Source of the DNA: an uncultured Nitrospiraceae bacterium
GTDB taxonomy: Bacteria; Nitrospirota; Nitrospiria; Nitrospirales; Nitrospiraceae
Assembly (NCBI GenBank): GCA_963730935.1
Contig: CAVSTP010000004.1
Location: forward strand, 704,001 to 768,000
Reading direction: 5' to 3'
Length of the DNA stretch: 64,000 nt
Positions 30,810 to 38,603 of this stretch are shown piece after piece. The first letter of the stretch is position 1. Each line of letters starts with the position of its first letter. The translations under genes were made by a program, and so were the position numbers. The notes under the pieces were generated by a model. That model worked only from the letters and a program-made list of their open reading frames with translations. It made no database searches and had not been told where the DNA came from.

Positions 30810-31190
30810 ATGATTGATGTTCTCATCGTTGATGATCATCCCGTCATGCGCGAACTACTGGCGCAGGTGGTGCAGCGATACCCCGACCTATCTCTCATTG
30901 CAGAGGCCGGATATGGTGAGGAAGCCGTCAGCCAGGCAACCCGATTACAGCCTGCCGTTGCTTTGGTTGACGTCCATCTGCCCACGATGAGTGGGATTGA
31001 AACGACGAGACTGATCAAGCTGCGAAGCCCCTTGACCGTCATCATTGGTCTAACCGCTAGCGAACCAAACGATAACGACATGGCCATGCTGTCTGCTGGA
31101 GCAAGCGCAGTGATCAGCAAGGCGGATCTGTTTCATCGCCTCTACCCCTGCATCCTAGACGCGGTGAAAAGTCTAAAAGCTGCTATCTGA
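30810..31190 (+). CDS. Stand-alone NarL-type receiver domain
   Basis: IVDDHP, VDVHLPTMSG, GLTA, ISKA; no HTH. Confidence 0.9.
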   Translation: MIDVLIVDDHPVMRELLAQVVQRYPDLSLIAEAGYGEEAVSQATRLQPAVALVDVHLPTMSGIETTRLIKLRSPLTVIIGLTASEPNDNDMAMLSAGASAVISKADLFHRLYPCILDAVKSLKAAI

Positions 31191-31214
31191 TCTTTCAGCA
31201 GGTCGAATGACCGC

Positions 31215-31243
31215 TTGACCCAGCCTTCTAGAGCGCCTACGGT
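31215..31243 (+). promoter_or_regulatory. Sigma70-type promoter of the leader/small-protein unit
   Basis: TTGACC-N17-TACGGT; a related, degraded copy starts at 33292. Confidence 0.55.
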
Positions 31244-31276
31244 AGCTTCACTTCACTCCACTCCACCCTGTCCTGC

Positions 31277-31322
31277 GGCCTCCTGGAAGGCCCGACCGCC
31301 AGACACCTAATGAAAGGCGGTC
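31277..31322 (+). repeat. Repeated two-hairpin leader element (other copies at 25176-25219 and 33351-33399)
   Basis: GGCCT-cctgga-AGGCC then GACCGCC-N15-GGCGGTC, immediately before ATG 31327. Confidence 0.7.
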
Positions 31323-31326
31323 CTCG

Positions 31327-31536
31327 ATGTCTAGCTCACCACTGCCCATCCGCCAAGACCTTCGTGATTTTTTCCGTGACTGCGAGCGAGTGTTAGCCAC
31401 CGTTCATGCTCCAGATCATGCGCCCTTCTCGCACGATGAACTGCAGATGATCTGTTACTATGCGAACGAAGTCGCCACGATGGCCGATTCGCAAAGGCTT
31501 GCTGAGCACAGGAATGGAAAACCGGCACTGACCTAG
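31327..31536 (+). CDS. 69-aa small protein of the CE..YY family
   Basis: PIRQDLRDFFRDCERVLA...FSHDELQMICYY aligns with the 30507 ORF. Confidence 0.72.
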   Translation: MSSSPLPIRQDLRDFFRDCERVLATVHAPDHAPFSHDELQMICYYANEVATMADSQRLAEHRNGKPALT

Positions 31537-31573
31537 GATCGGATCCTCACGCTATTGCGAAGGATGTGTGATA

Positions 31574-32002
31574 ATGCTGCACGTTAAGCCAGGTCCCATC
31601 CGAGTTATCCTTGTCGACAATCACCCGTCATTTCGGCAAGGTTTACGATCCTTATTTGGCTCATATACGGACATTGAAGTCGTCGGCGAGGCCGAGAACG
31701 GTGAGGAAGTGGTCCATTCAATGCCCTATCTTTGTCCTTCGGCCATTGTCATGGACATAAACATGCCAAAGGTGAACGGCATTGAAGCTACCCGTACAAT
31801 CAAGGCTCATTATCCTCATGTGGTGATCGTGGGGTTATCTGTTCATGCGGACAACTTTTATCAAACGGCCATGCTTGCAGCCGGTGCTAAAAGCGTCGTC
31901 TCGAAAGGGATGGCGGGTCTCTTTCTGTATCGGCAGATCAAAGCCGGGGTAGAGAATTTACCGCCACTGCCCAACGCTGCCCAAAATAGTCATTTTTATT
32001 GA
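31574..32002 (+). CDS. Stand-alone NarL-type receiver domain
   Basis: ILVDNHP, VVGEAENGEE, VMDINMPKVNGIEAT, GLSV, VSKG; no HTH. Confidence 0.9.
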   Translation: MLHVKPGPIRVILVDNHPSFRQGLRSLFGSYTDIEVVGEAENGEEVVHSMPYLCPSAIVMDINMPKVNGIEATRTIKAHYPHVVIVGLSVHADNFYQTAMLAAGAKSVVSKGMAGLFLYRQIKAGVENLPPLPNAAQNSHFY

Positions 32003-32125
32003 TTCCTGACCTAGAAGGCCACGCCGATCATGCCCTGCGAGCTATCTCACATGGGCTCGCCGGCACCTCATCGTGCTTCCGCTCCACTAGTGCGTGAGCA
32101 ATTTTGACCAGCCAGGTAGTTCCCT

Positions 32126-32518
32126 ATGCCTAGACCGCCCCAAAAGCGCGGACTCCAGCGAAACTTCTATGCTCGGATCTTCCGCCCTGCAGTCAACGCG
32201 GCCAAACTCGAGGACGGCGTGGGCTGGCACGCCCTCCGCCATACCTTCGCCTCACGGCTGGCGATGAGCGGCCAAACCGAGGGGACCATTGCCACCCTCA
32301 TGCGGCATAGCACGACGGCGCTGGTGCGACGGTATGCCCACCTGTCCCCATCCTACCTGCATGCCGCCGTCGAAACGGTAGCCGCCTACGGCAAGCCAAA
32401 CCCGAAAAGTGCGCCAATTTCAGTGGGAACCGTGACAGAAACCGGAAAGGGTCTCGGACACGGCGAAGGGAATGGAACGGAAGTGATTGAAAAAGTTGGA
32501 GCGGGCGATGGGATTTGA
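32126..32518 (+). pseudogene. Tyrosine integrase C-terminal remnant of island B, ending antisense inside the tRNA 3' half
   Basis: WHALRHTFASRL...LMRHST...RRYAHL (HxxR, H, Y catalytic residues). N-terminal domains are missing; the stop at 32516-32518 is within the tRNA. Confidence 0.88.
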
Positions 32519-32571
32519 ACCCACGACAACTAGCTTGGGAAGCTAGGACTCTACCACTGAGCTACGCCCGC
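32497..32571 (-). tRNA. tRNA-Gly(CCC)
   Basis: GCGGGCG-TA-GCTC-AGTGGTA-GAGT-C-CTAGC-TTCCCAA-GCTAG-TTGTC-GTGGG-TTCAAAT-CCCAT-CGCCCGC-T-CCA; 75-nt cloverleaf. Confidence 0.97.
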
Positions 32572-32950
32572 TCGCTTCGGTTTGTCGAGCACTTAGGGAT
32601 GTACCACCAACTGCCACAGGCTCAGGTGTTATTACGGTGTTAGTTCTGAACGAGTGCAGCTGCCCCGCCGATTTGTGGAGGTCTTGCGGCTCAATTGTAG
32701 TGCATCCGATCCGACTTGTGACCAACGATTTTCATCGCCGTCGCCGTATCAACACCTGCCCGTCTCATATTCGTACTGGCGGTATGGCGAAAATCATGGA
32801 TACGCAGGTTGGTGATTCCTGCTCGGCGACAGGCCGCCTTAAACGCCGTCCCAATTCGCTGTATAGGCCTATCGTTATACAGGAACACCCGTTTGGTGTC
32901 TAGGAGACGCTCCTTCCATAGCTCTGCAAAAACTTGGTGTACGGCTGGTT
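32543..32950 (-). pseudogene. Tyrosine integrase C-terminal remnant of island A, reading into the tRNA 5' half
   Basis: VFAELWKE...VFLYND...LRIHDFRHTASTNMRRAG...IVGHKSDRMH, a frameshift near the catalytic Tyr, then TIEPQDL...NTVITP...EASGRSSVVES* with the stop at 32543-32545 inside the tRNA. Confidence 0.85.
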
Positions 32951-32964
32951 TTGCCCCATCGAGT

Positions 32965-33207
32965 TTAGGCGGCTTTATGGGCGATTTCAGCCCTTCTGGT
33001 GGATAGCTTTTTCGCCCTTGCTTTTCCGCCCTTGAGTCCTCCTAGCCGTCCAAGGGTTACGGCAGTAGGGTTCCTCTCGGGCTGGCCAGACTCCCCATCC
33101 TTCTTAACGGAACGAGCTAGACGGGGCTTATTTTCATCCTTCGTCACTTCTCGCAGAATCTCGAAATCCGTTACGTTCACATCGGTGGATTTCTTCTTTT
33201 TAGCCAT
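32965..33207 (-). pseudogene. Small basic 'histone H1-like' IS passenger ORF with premature stop
   Basis: RNPTAVTLGRLGGLKGGKARAKKLS...EIAHKAA*TRWGK, adjacent to an IS-type terminal repeat. Confidence 0.6.
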
Positions 33208-33257
33208 GCGGTCACTATACATGACCGCTTAAGCACGTGACTGTGCTATATCGTACC

Positions 33258-33277
33258 TTTCAAACTGACCCACTACC
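33258..33277 (-). mobile_element. Solo terminal inverted repeat resembling IS1-family ends
   Basis: Minus strand GGTAGTGGGTCAGTTTGAAA; no partner end or transposase seen in the window. Confidence 0.55.
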
Positions 33278-33419
33278 GAGAATGGGCTTGCTTGACACCA
33301 GCCTTCTAAAGAGCCTGGCTATCGGACAAGCTACATACACAACTGCCGACGGCCTCTTTGGAAGGCCCGACCGCCGACATCTTTGTGAGAAAGGCGGTCG
33401 CCCACTCTGCCATCTCAAA

Positions 33420-33809
33420 TTAGCGCTCCTTGTTTAGCCATTCGGTAGCATCTTGTAGAGTCTCAAAGACCCTGAGCATCGCCCCTCGATTCACGGCCAC
33501 GGTTTCCGCGAATCTTGCCGGGTCACGAAGAGGCTCATGGATAACATACGCAAACCGCAGATGGATGTTATGCTCAACGACAATCCTGTGAGTTTCTGTC
33601 GCGGCGAATTCGCCGTAGTAGAAGCGCTCCATGTGCTTGGGGTTTCCGTGCACGTTCCGGCCATCAAGTAATATTTTCTCAGCCTTATGTCGGACAACAG
33701 GGTCAAGCATTTCAAGGAAGGACTTTTTGGCCTCCTCCAGCGTGAACTCTCCGCTTGCAACCACGTTGAGAAAGCCCGACTGAAAATGCATGTTCTGCCG
33801 TATGCTCAT
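33420..33809 (-). CDS. Hypothetical protein, SpoIIAA/STAS-like
   Basis: 129 aa; VVASGEFTLEE...KILLDGR...FAETVAVNRG..RVFETLQDATEWL pattern. Confidence 0.65.
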   Translation of the reverse strand: MSIRQNMHFQSGFLNVVASGEFTLEEAKKSFLEMLDPVVRHKAEKILLDGRNVHGNPKHMERFYYGEFAATETHRIVVEHNIHLRFAYVIHEPLRDPARFAETVAVNRGAMLRVFETLQDATEWLNKER

Positions 33810-34213
33810 TCTATATTAGTGACGAGGAGTGAAGAATTTCGAGCGGAGGCTGTTCGACAGCGCATGTTGCATGGACAACTCTGGTAATTGTCGCCACGAT
33901 GAAAAGGTACATCAACAGCGTTTGTCGAACAAGCGCCAGTCCAGCGCTTTCATGGTCAGCTATGATCCACCCGATTGCTTTTTGGGATCATCCCTGTATG
34001 CGCCTTTACCTGACTGGCAGTCGGCCATGCTACCTCCTGGCGCAAGGGTGGCTTTAGGCTCACCGCACCTCACACCGCGATAGACCCCGCCCAGGTGAAA
34101 AGTAGAAAAGCCCATCGCAGAATGTCTACACTGTAATTCGCTCTCGTTTTGCATTCTACGTCTTGAGGTTCCCTAGCGGCGGCAGTAGGATGCGGCCCAA
34201 GAGGAGTTCAGTT

Positions 34214-34759
34214 ATGACTACACATCCTTCCACCCCTCAGTCCAACATCGAGCTTATGCGGAGAGCGTTCACGGCATTGGGACGTAAGGATGTGGATGCC
34301 TGTGTGAAACTTATGCCGTCGGATTTCACGATCAACATCGCTGGAATGCCTTACCAAAAGAGAGGAACCGACGCCTGGCGAAAGCACGCTGAAATCCTCT
34401 TCTCAGCATTTCCAGACATTCAAACACACATTGAGGATATCTTCGCCAGCGACGACAAAGTCGCTGTTCGCATGCGCTTGACGGGCACGCATACCGGGGA
34501 ATTCCTTGGAATTCAACCCACGGGAAAGAAAGTAGAGTACGAGAGCAACGAACTTTACCGCATTGCCGATGGAAAGATTGCCGAGGAGTGGATTTGCTCC
34601 GACATGCTTACGCTGATGGCCCAAATAGGCGGGACTGGGCTTTCGATGGGCAAGCTCGCGTCCATGTGGCTTGCTGGTTATCGGGTATGGTTCGCGCTTT
34701 TTCTTGGCATCGCCATCGGGATGCTCTCGATGGTACTGCTGCGCTTCGTATTATCATGA
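34214..34759 (+). CDS. SnoaL-like ester cyclase with a C-terminal TM segment
   Basis: AFPDI...DDKVAVRMRLTGTHTGEFLGIQPTGKKV...DGKIAEEW; GAGGAG RBS. Confidence 0.88.
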   Translation: MTTHPSTPQSNIELMRRAFTALGRKDVDACVKLMPSDFTINIAGMPYQKRGTDAWRKHAEILFSAFPDIQTHIEDIFASDDKVAVRMRLTGTHTGEFLGIQPTGKKVEYESNELYRIADGKIAEEWICSDMLTLMAQIGGTGLSMGKLASMWLAGYRVWFALFLGIAIGMLSMVLLRFVLS

Positions 34760-35089
34760 GCCTCTTGGCCCTCCCTCCCCTATTTCACCGTGGAACAAGG
34801 CCGGCGTGGAGACGTAGAATGCGGCGATGGGCGCTGAAGCTGCCCTGACCGACCTCTGAACCTCCCCTGCCGCGCGAAGCGACAGAAATCCCCATCAAAT
34901 AATTTTTCCGCAGGACTTCACTTCACATCGCTAGGGTTCATACTGCAAATAATCCCTCTTCTGGGGAATGTAATACTGCCCGGCAAAGTCCTAAGCTGTC
35001 GTCATGGGTGGCACTCGAAGGGCGCACTCGGTTGAGAAAGGCGTGTTAGGACCCCCTCTCGCGCGGATTTCACAGGTGGAAACGCTACA

Positions 35090-36520
35090 ATGACTCTAAG
35101 CATCTCTCGACAGAAAAATGACTTACTCCTTCTTGCGTCCCTCATTCTGCTCGAATTGTCGACCGCTGTCGTGCCGATGGCGATTTACATGAAGGGGGAT
35201 AGGCCCTTTGCGGAGTTTCTCTCCAGCAGGCCAGGCATCCTGTTTCTTTTGGCCATCGCTACCATTGTCGTAACTGGGGCAGTCCTTGTTCATCAATTTC
35301 TGGCACACAAACGGTCGCCATCGGGCCATTTTCCTATGATCGTGACAGTGAACCTCGTCACCGTGATACTTATTGTGGTTACCGGTGAGGTCGCTCTTAG
35401 AGCAGTCTCTCGTAGTTCAGTGGAGGGCGAGACAGTTGGCGGCGTAGTCTTGAAGCCGAAAAACTGGGACACGTTCGTCCAACACTACCGCCAGCTGAAC
35501 AATCGAGCCGGCGGGGATTTTTCCTATCTGGTCTATGACGATCTCATGGGCTGGACGGTAGGACCAAATAGACGGAGCGCCAATGGGCTTTATCGCTCAA
35601 GCGTGGAGGGAATACGCGCGTCTGAGGAAGGGGTTTCGTTCGCACGGCCCGAAGGAGGAACAAGGATAGCTCTGATAGGCGATTCACACACCTTCGGCGA
35701 AGATGTGAAGTATGAGGAGACGTGGGGGTATTTTTTAGAAAAGGAGTTAGGTCCCGAGTTTCAGGTCTTGAACTTCGGGGTCTCGGGGTATGGTTTGGAC
35801 CAAATGTTCCTTCGGTATGAAAAGGATATCCGCCGATGGAAGCCCAGAATCGTGATCTTTGGCTTCACCTCTCATGATACTGAGCGTACGATGTTCGTGT
35901 ATCCCTTTATCTCCTTTCCTGAGTGGGACATGCCGTTTTCAAAATCTCGTTTCATCTTGCGAGAGGGAGAACTCGCGAACATCAATGCACCAGCCCCTGC
36001 TCCAGAAGTCATCTTTTCCCGAGCATCGATTGTCAACCTTTCCGCTCTTGAGTATCACAGAGGCTACACGCAGAGCGATTGGGAGAGACGCTTTTATCAT
36101 CTCTCCTATCTCGCCCGGCTGTTCGTGTCCTGGGTGCCTCGCTGGACAATCGAACACTCCGATGTGTCTGAAAAAGCGCTTGTGACCGTCAATGCATCCA
36201 TTTTGAAGGCATTTACACGGTCAACAGTGGAAGCGGGCGCGATTCCTCTCATCATCTATTTCCCCAATAAGGAGGAACTTGAGAAAGGGAACTCGCCTGT
36301 GAGTAACGGCAAAAGAGTATTGCAAGAGGCGGGCATTGCCTACACTGATCTCACCTCTTGTCTCTTGCCGCTAAACGCCGCTGATCTCTACGTCCCGGCA
36401 CATCGTCACTACTCGTCACAAGGCAACGCAGTGGTTGCGAACTGTCTCCATAAGGTGGTGAATGAGGCGCTCGCAAGATCGCACAAACCAAAGCCAGCAG
36501 CCGTTCACACGCACCGGTGA
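35090..36520 (+). CDS. Membrane-anchored SGNH/GDSL hydrolase or acyltransferase
   Basis: Three N-terminal TM segments, IALIGDSHTFG, LNFGVSGYGLDQ, HYSSQGN. Confidence 0.85.
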   Translation: MTLSISRQKNDLLLLASLILLELSTAVVPMAIYMKGDRPFAEFLSSRPGILFLLAIATIVVTGAVLVHQFLAHKRSPSGHFPMIVTVNLVTVILIVVTGEVALRAVSRSSVEGETVGGVVLKPKNWDTFVQHYRQLNNRAGGDFSYLVYDDLMGWTVGPNRRSANGLYRSSVEGIRASEEGVSFARPEGGTRIALIGDSHTFGEDVKYEETWGYFLEKELGPEFQVLNFGVSGYGLDQMFLRYEKDIRRWKPRIVIFGFTSHDTERTMFVYPFISFPEWDMPFSKSRFILREGELANINAPAPAPEVIFSRASIVNLSALEYHRGYTQSDWERRFYHLSYLARLFVSWVPRWTIEHSDVSEKALVTVNASILKAFTRSTVEAGAIPLIIYFPNKEELEKGNSPVSNGKRVLQEAGIAYTDLTSCLLPLNAADLYVPAHRHYSSQGNAVVANCLHKVVNEALARSHKPKPAAVHTHR

Positions 36521-36690
36521 AATTATATACGTCCTTGGAAAGCTGCATATCCCTTCTTAGAGAGATGCAGAAGACTGTCAGGTGGTAGGCCTCGGTGGCT
36601 CCTGCTTTGATGACCGACGACGAGCGCAGCCATTGCTGGCATGTGCGCAAGAGTTTTACAGGCCGTAGGAAACGGAGAAGCTCGCGGTGC

Positions 36691-36828
36691 TCAACCAACA
36701 GTATGAACGCTGGCTTGGACGCTGGCGTGGATTTCGGTGCCCATGAAAAGAACCAACCAATACAGCAAGACGACCATGAGCAAGGCGCCAATCACAGTCA
36801 TGATCCAAAGCTGTGTTTGGTACTTCAT
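36691..36828 (-). CDS. Putative 45-aa single-TM microprotein
   Basis: MKYQTQLWIMTVIGALLMVVLLYWLVLFMGTEIHASVQASVHTVG*; GAAGGGG RBS. Confidence 0.5.
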   Translation of the reverse strand: MKYQTQLWIMTVIGALLMVVLLYWLVLFMGTEIHASVQASVHTVG

Positions 36829-36883
36829 ATCTGCCCCTTCGAGCTAAGGTGGCTGCTCTTTCCAGAAGATCGAGGCCACCCGG

Positions 36884-37402
36884 CTATGCTGTGCCCTGTG
36901 CGTTAACTTCTATGACTGTGAGTGATTTGTTTTTCTGATTCCGCTGAATTTTCCAGCGACTGTGGACAGTGACCAGCGAGCCGTCACGACGCCTATGGAT
37001 TAGCTGCCCTTCCCACGACAAGTTTTTTCGCGTTTCTCTTTCAATTCTAGTCAGTGACGTAGGAAATTTTGTCTTGAAAAGGTTGTGCGTACGCGCGCCA
37101 AGCACTTCTTGCGGCGTCCATCCGTAGATGAGCTCAGCTTCTCTGCTCCAATACCGAATTGTCCCGTCCTCATCACGCACGATCAGCGCTTCCAGAGTCC
37201 TATCATCAGACCGTTCGTTGAATGCGTGATCCTGGGTAAAGTCAAACGAAGGCAGGTGCTGCAGAAACTCCCGGATCAACCGACGCACAATTTGTGATGC
37301 GCTGACCCGACTGCCGGTACGCTGCGTCTCTATCTTGCCCAGGCGCTCCAGCGCCTTTAGATCCAGATCGTCGAGGTGCAGCGATGTTCGCTTCATCGTC
37401 AT
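36884..37402 (-). CDS. Ribbon-helix-helix plus PAS domain protein
   Basis: N-terminal MKRTSLHLD...SASQIVRRLIREFL (CopG-like). C-terminal ALIVRDEDGTIRYWSREAELIYGWTPQEVLG...WEGQLIHRRRDGS (PAS/PAC). Confidence 0.82.
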   Translation of the reverse strand: MTMKRTSLHLDDLDLKALERLGKIETQRTGSRVSASQIVRRLIREFLQHLPSFDFTQDHAFNERSDDRTLEALIVRDEDGTIRYWSREAELIYGWTPQEVLGARTHNLFKTKFPTSLTRIERETRKNLSWEGQLIHRRRDGSLVTVHSRWKIQRNQKNKSLTVIEVNAQGTA

Positions 37403-37409
37403 CTCGACT

Positions 37410-37439
37410 ATTTTATTACAAAGGTAATAACAAAGTAAA
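37410..37439 (-). promoter_or_regulatory. Promoter with embedded palindrome upstream of RHH-PAS
   Basis: TTTACT-N18-TAAAAT ending 7 nt before the ATG; perfect TTATTAC-N4-GTAATAA palindrome at 37413-37430. Confidence 0.6.
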
Positions 37440-37941
37440 CTACACTTGAAGGCAGCTGCAGCTTGTGGTCACGGACATGAATGCTCTTCGGTGCGAGCAC
37501 ATCTATGTTGCTGGTGGGAGTATGCAATCAGCTGGTTTGGATGGTACCCCTGGCGGTGCTGCCATTGTCGCACACGTAAGTGGTTACGAGTGTTTTAGCG
37601 TTATGCAGGCACCACTACAACACATGAACACAGCGGCCCCAGTGGACGTTAAGACCGATGACATTCGACAGGTAATTCTCGACCGTCAAAGAGGCAGGCA
37701 CTTACTATGTGGCTAAAGCGTGACAGAACTATCGTGCCCGATGGGTTTGCATCAGGCGCAAAGGGACCATCACGGGCGCGGCATAATCATGCTCAGAATG
37801 GGGTCACCGCCACCAAAGTCGAACGGGCTGAATCGAGGCCAGTTCAGGCCCTAGAGGCCCGTTCAGGAGATTTGTTTGGGGGTCGGATCAGAGGGACCGA
37901 GATCAGGTAGCTAGAACGGGGACCAAAACCGGGATCAACAC

Positions 37942-38256
37942 TTATTTTCTTGTTTTCATTAGGGGGTACCCTTTCTTGGACATACATTTGTGAAATTTAA
38001 CGCGTGACTCGGGTGTTGCACCAAACAGGATGACGGACGGGCCTTCACTGTATGCGTCGAAGTCAGGATCGTCTCGATGGACCGATTGGGTGCAACTATC
38101 AACCGCGCGTTCAAGGTCGCTACGTAAGGTCCAAAATTCTATCACTGCGGTTCTGTAGTCATGCAGTTCGAATGCTTTATAGGCTTCAGAGAAACCCGTC
38201 AACCCGGGTACTGGGAAGAGGAGGATAATCGTGATGAGGAGAATGCCTTTTCTCAT
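37942..38256 (-). CDS. Hypothetical exported protein
   Basis: Signal peptide MRKGILLITIILLFPVPGLTG; two Cys; FHKCMSKKGYPL. Confidence 0.6.
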   Translation of the reverse strand: MRKGILLITIILLFPVPGLTGFSEAYKAFELHDYRTAVIEFWTLRSDLERAVDSCTQSVHRDDPDFDAYSEGPSVILFGATPESRVKFHKCMSKKGYPLMKTRK

Positions 38257-38545
38257 TGGGCTTCTATCATTTGTTTGTAACTGCGAGCGGGGTCCTTCCC
38301 TCCCGTCGTAATAGCCATAGCACGCAGCAGTCTACCCTGCTACTTTTCAGTTAAAAACTGGCACCAGAAACGGTTGGCTCCGGTACCGACGAACCCGAGG
38401 TGCTATTACGGTGTTAGGAATTGAGACGGAAGCATCAGGAAAGACCACAACTGGGAAGGATAGAAGGGAAACGGTCGACGACTGAATCTCCAGGAATTAA
38501 ATGGGATTGCGCATGAATGCTTAGCTTAGGCAATCCCTCTCTCTC

Positions 38546-38588
38546 AGCTTGCGAAGCTAGGACTCTACCACTGAGCTACGCCCGCTCG
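38546..38588 (-). repeat. Displaced 5' half of tRNA-Gly; att site of island A
   Basis: 42/43 identical to 32532-32574. The single mismatch turns the anticodon CCC into CGC. No T-arm or acceptor 3' strand follows. Confidence 0.92.
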
Positions 38589-38603
38589 TTCAAACCAGCC
38601 GGA

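Larger units (their letters stand above)
25000..32496. mobile_element. Decayed integrative island B (about 7.5 kb) in tRNA-Gly, restoring the 3' end
   Basis: Bounded by the intact tRNA and its 3' fragment. Has an integrase remnant beside the tRNA, arm-type repeats at both ends, and fragmented, visibly more AT-rich cargo. Confidence 0.88.
32572..38545. mobile_element. Decayed integrative island A (about 6 kb) in tRNA-Gly, restoring the 5' end
   Basis: Bounded by the intact tRNA and its 5' fragment at 38546-38588. Has an integrase remnant and a 20-bp direct repeat AGGTGyTATTACGGTGTTAG at 32624 and 38398. Confidence 0.85.

Noticed and set aside
31277..31322. Known riboswitch (c-di-GMP-I or guanidine-II) identity for the two-hairpin element
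   Set aside because: It lacks the GNRA/receptor GEMM features and the ACGR loops; kept as an unknown element.
38500..38588. Possible tRNA-Ala(CGC) gene
   Set aside because: Only the acceptor 5' strand, D arm and anticodon arm are present. No T-arm or CCA end follows, so it is the displaced tRNA-Gly 5' half.
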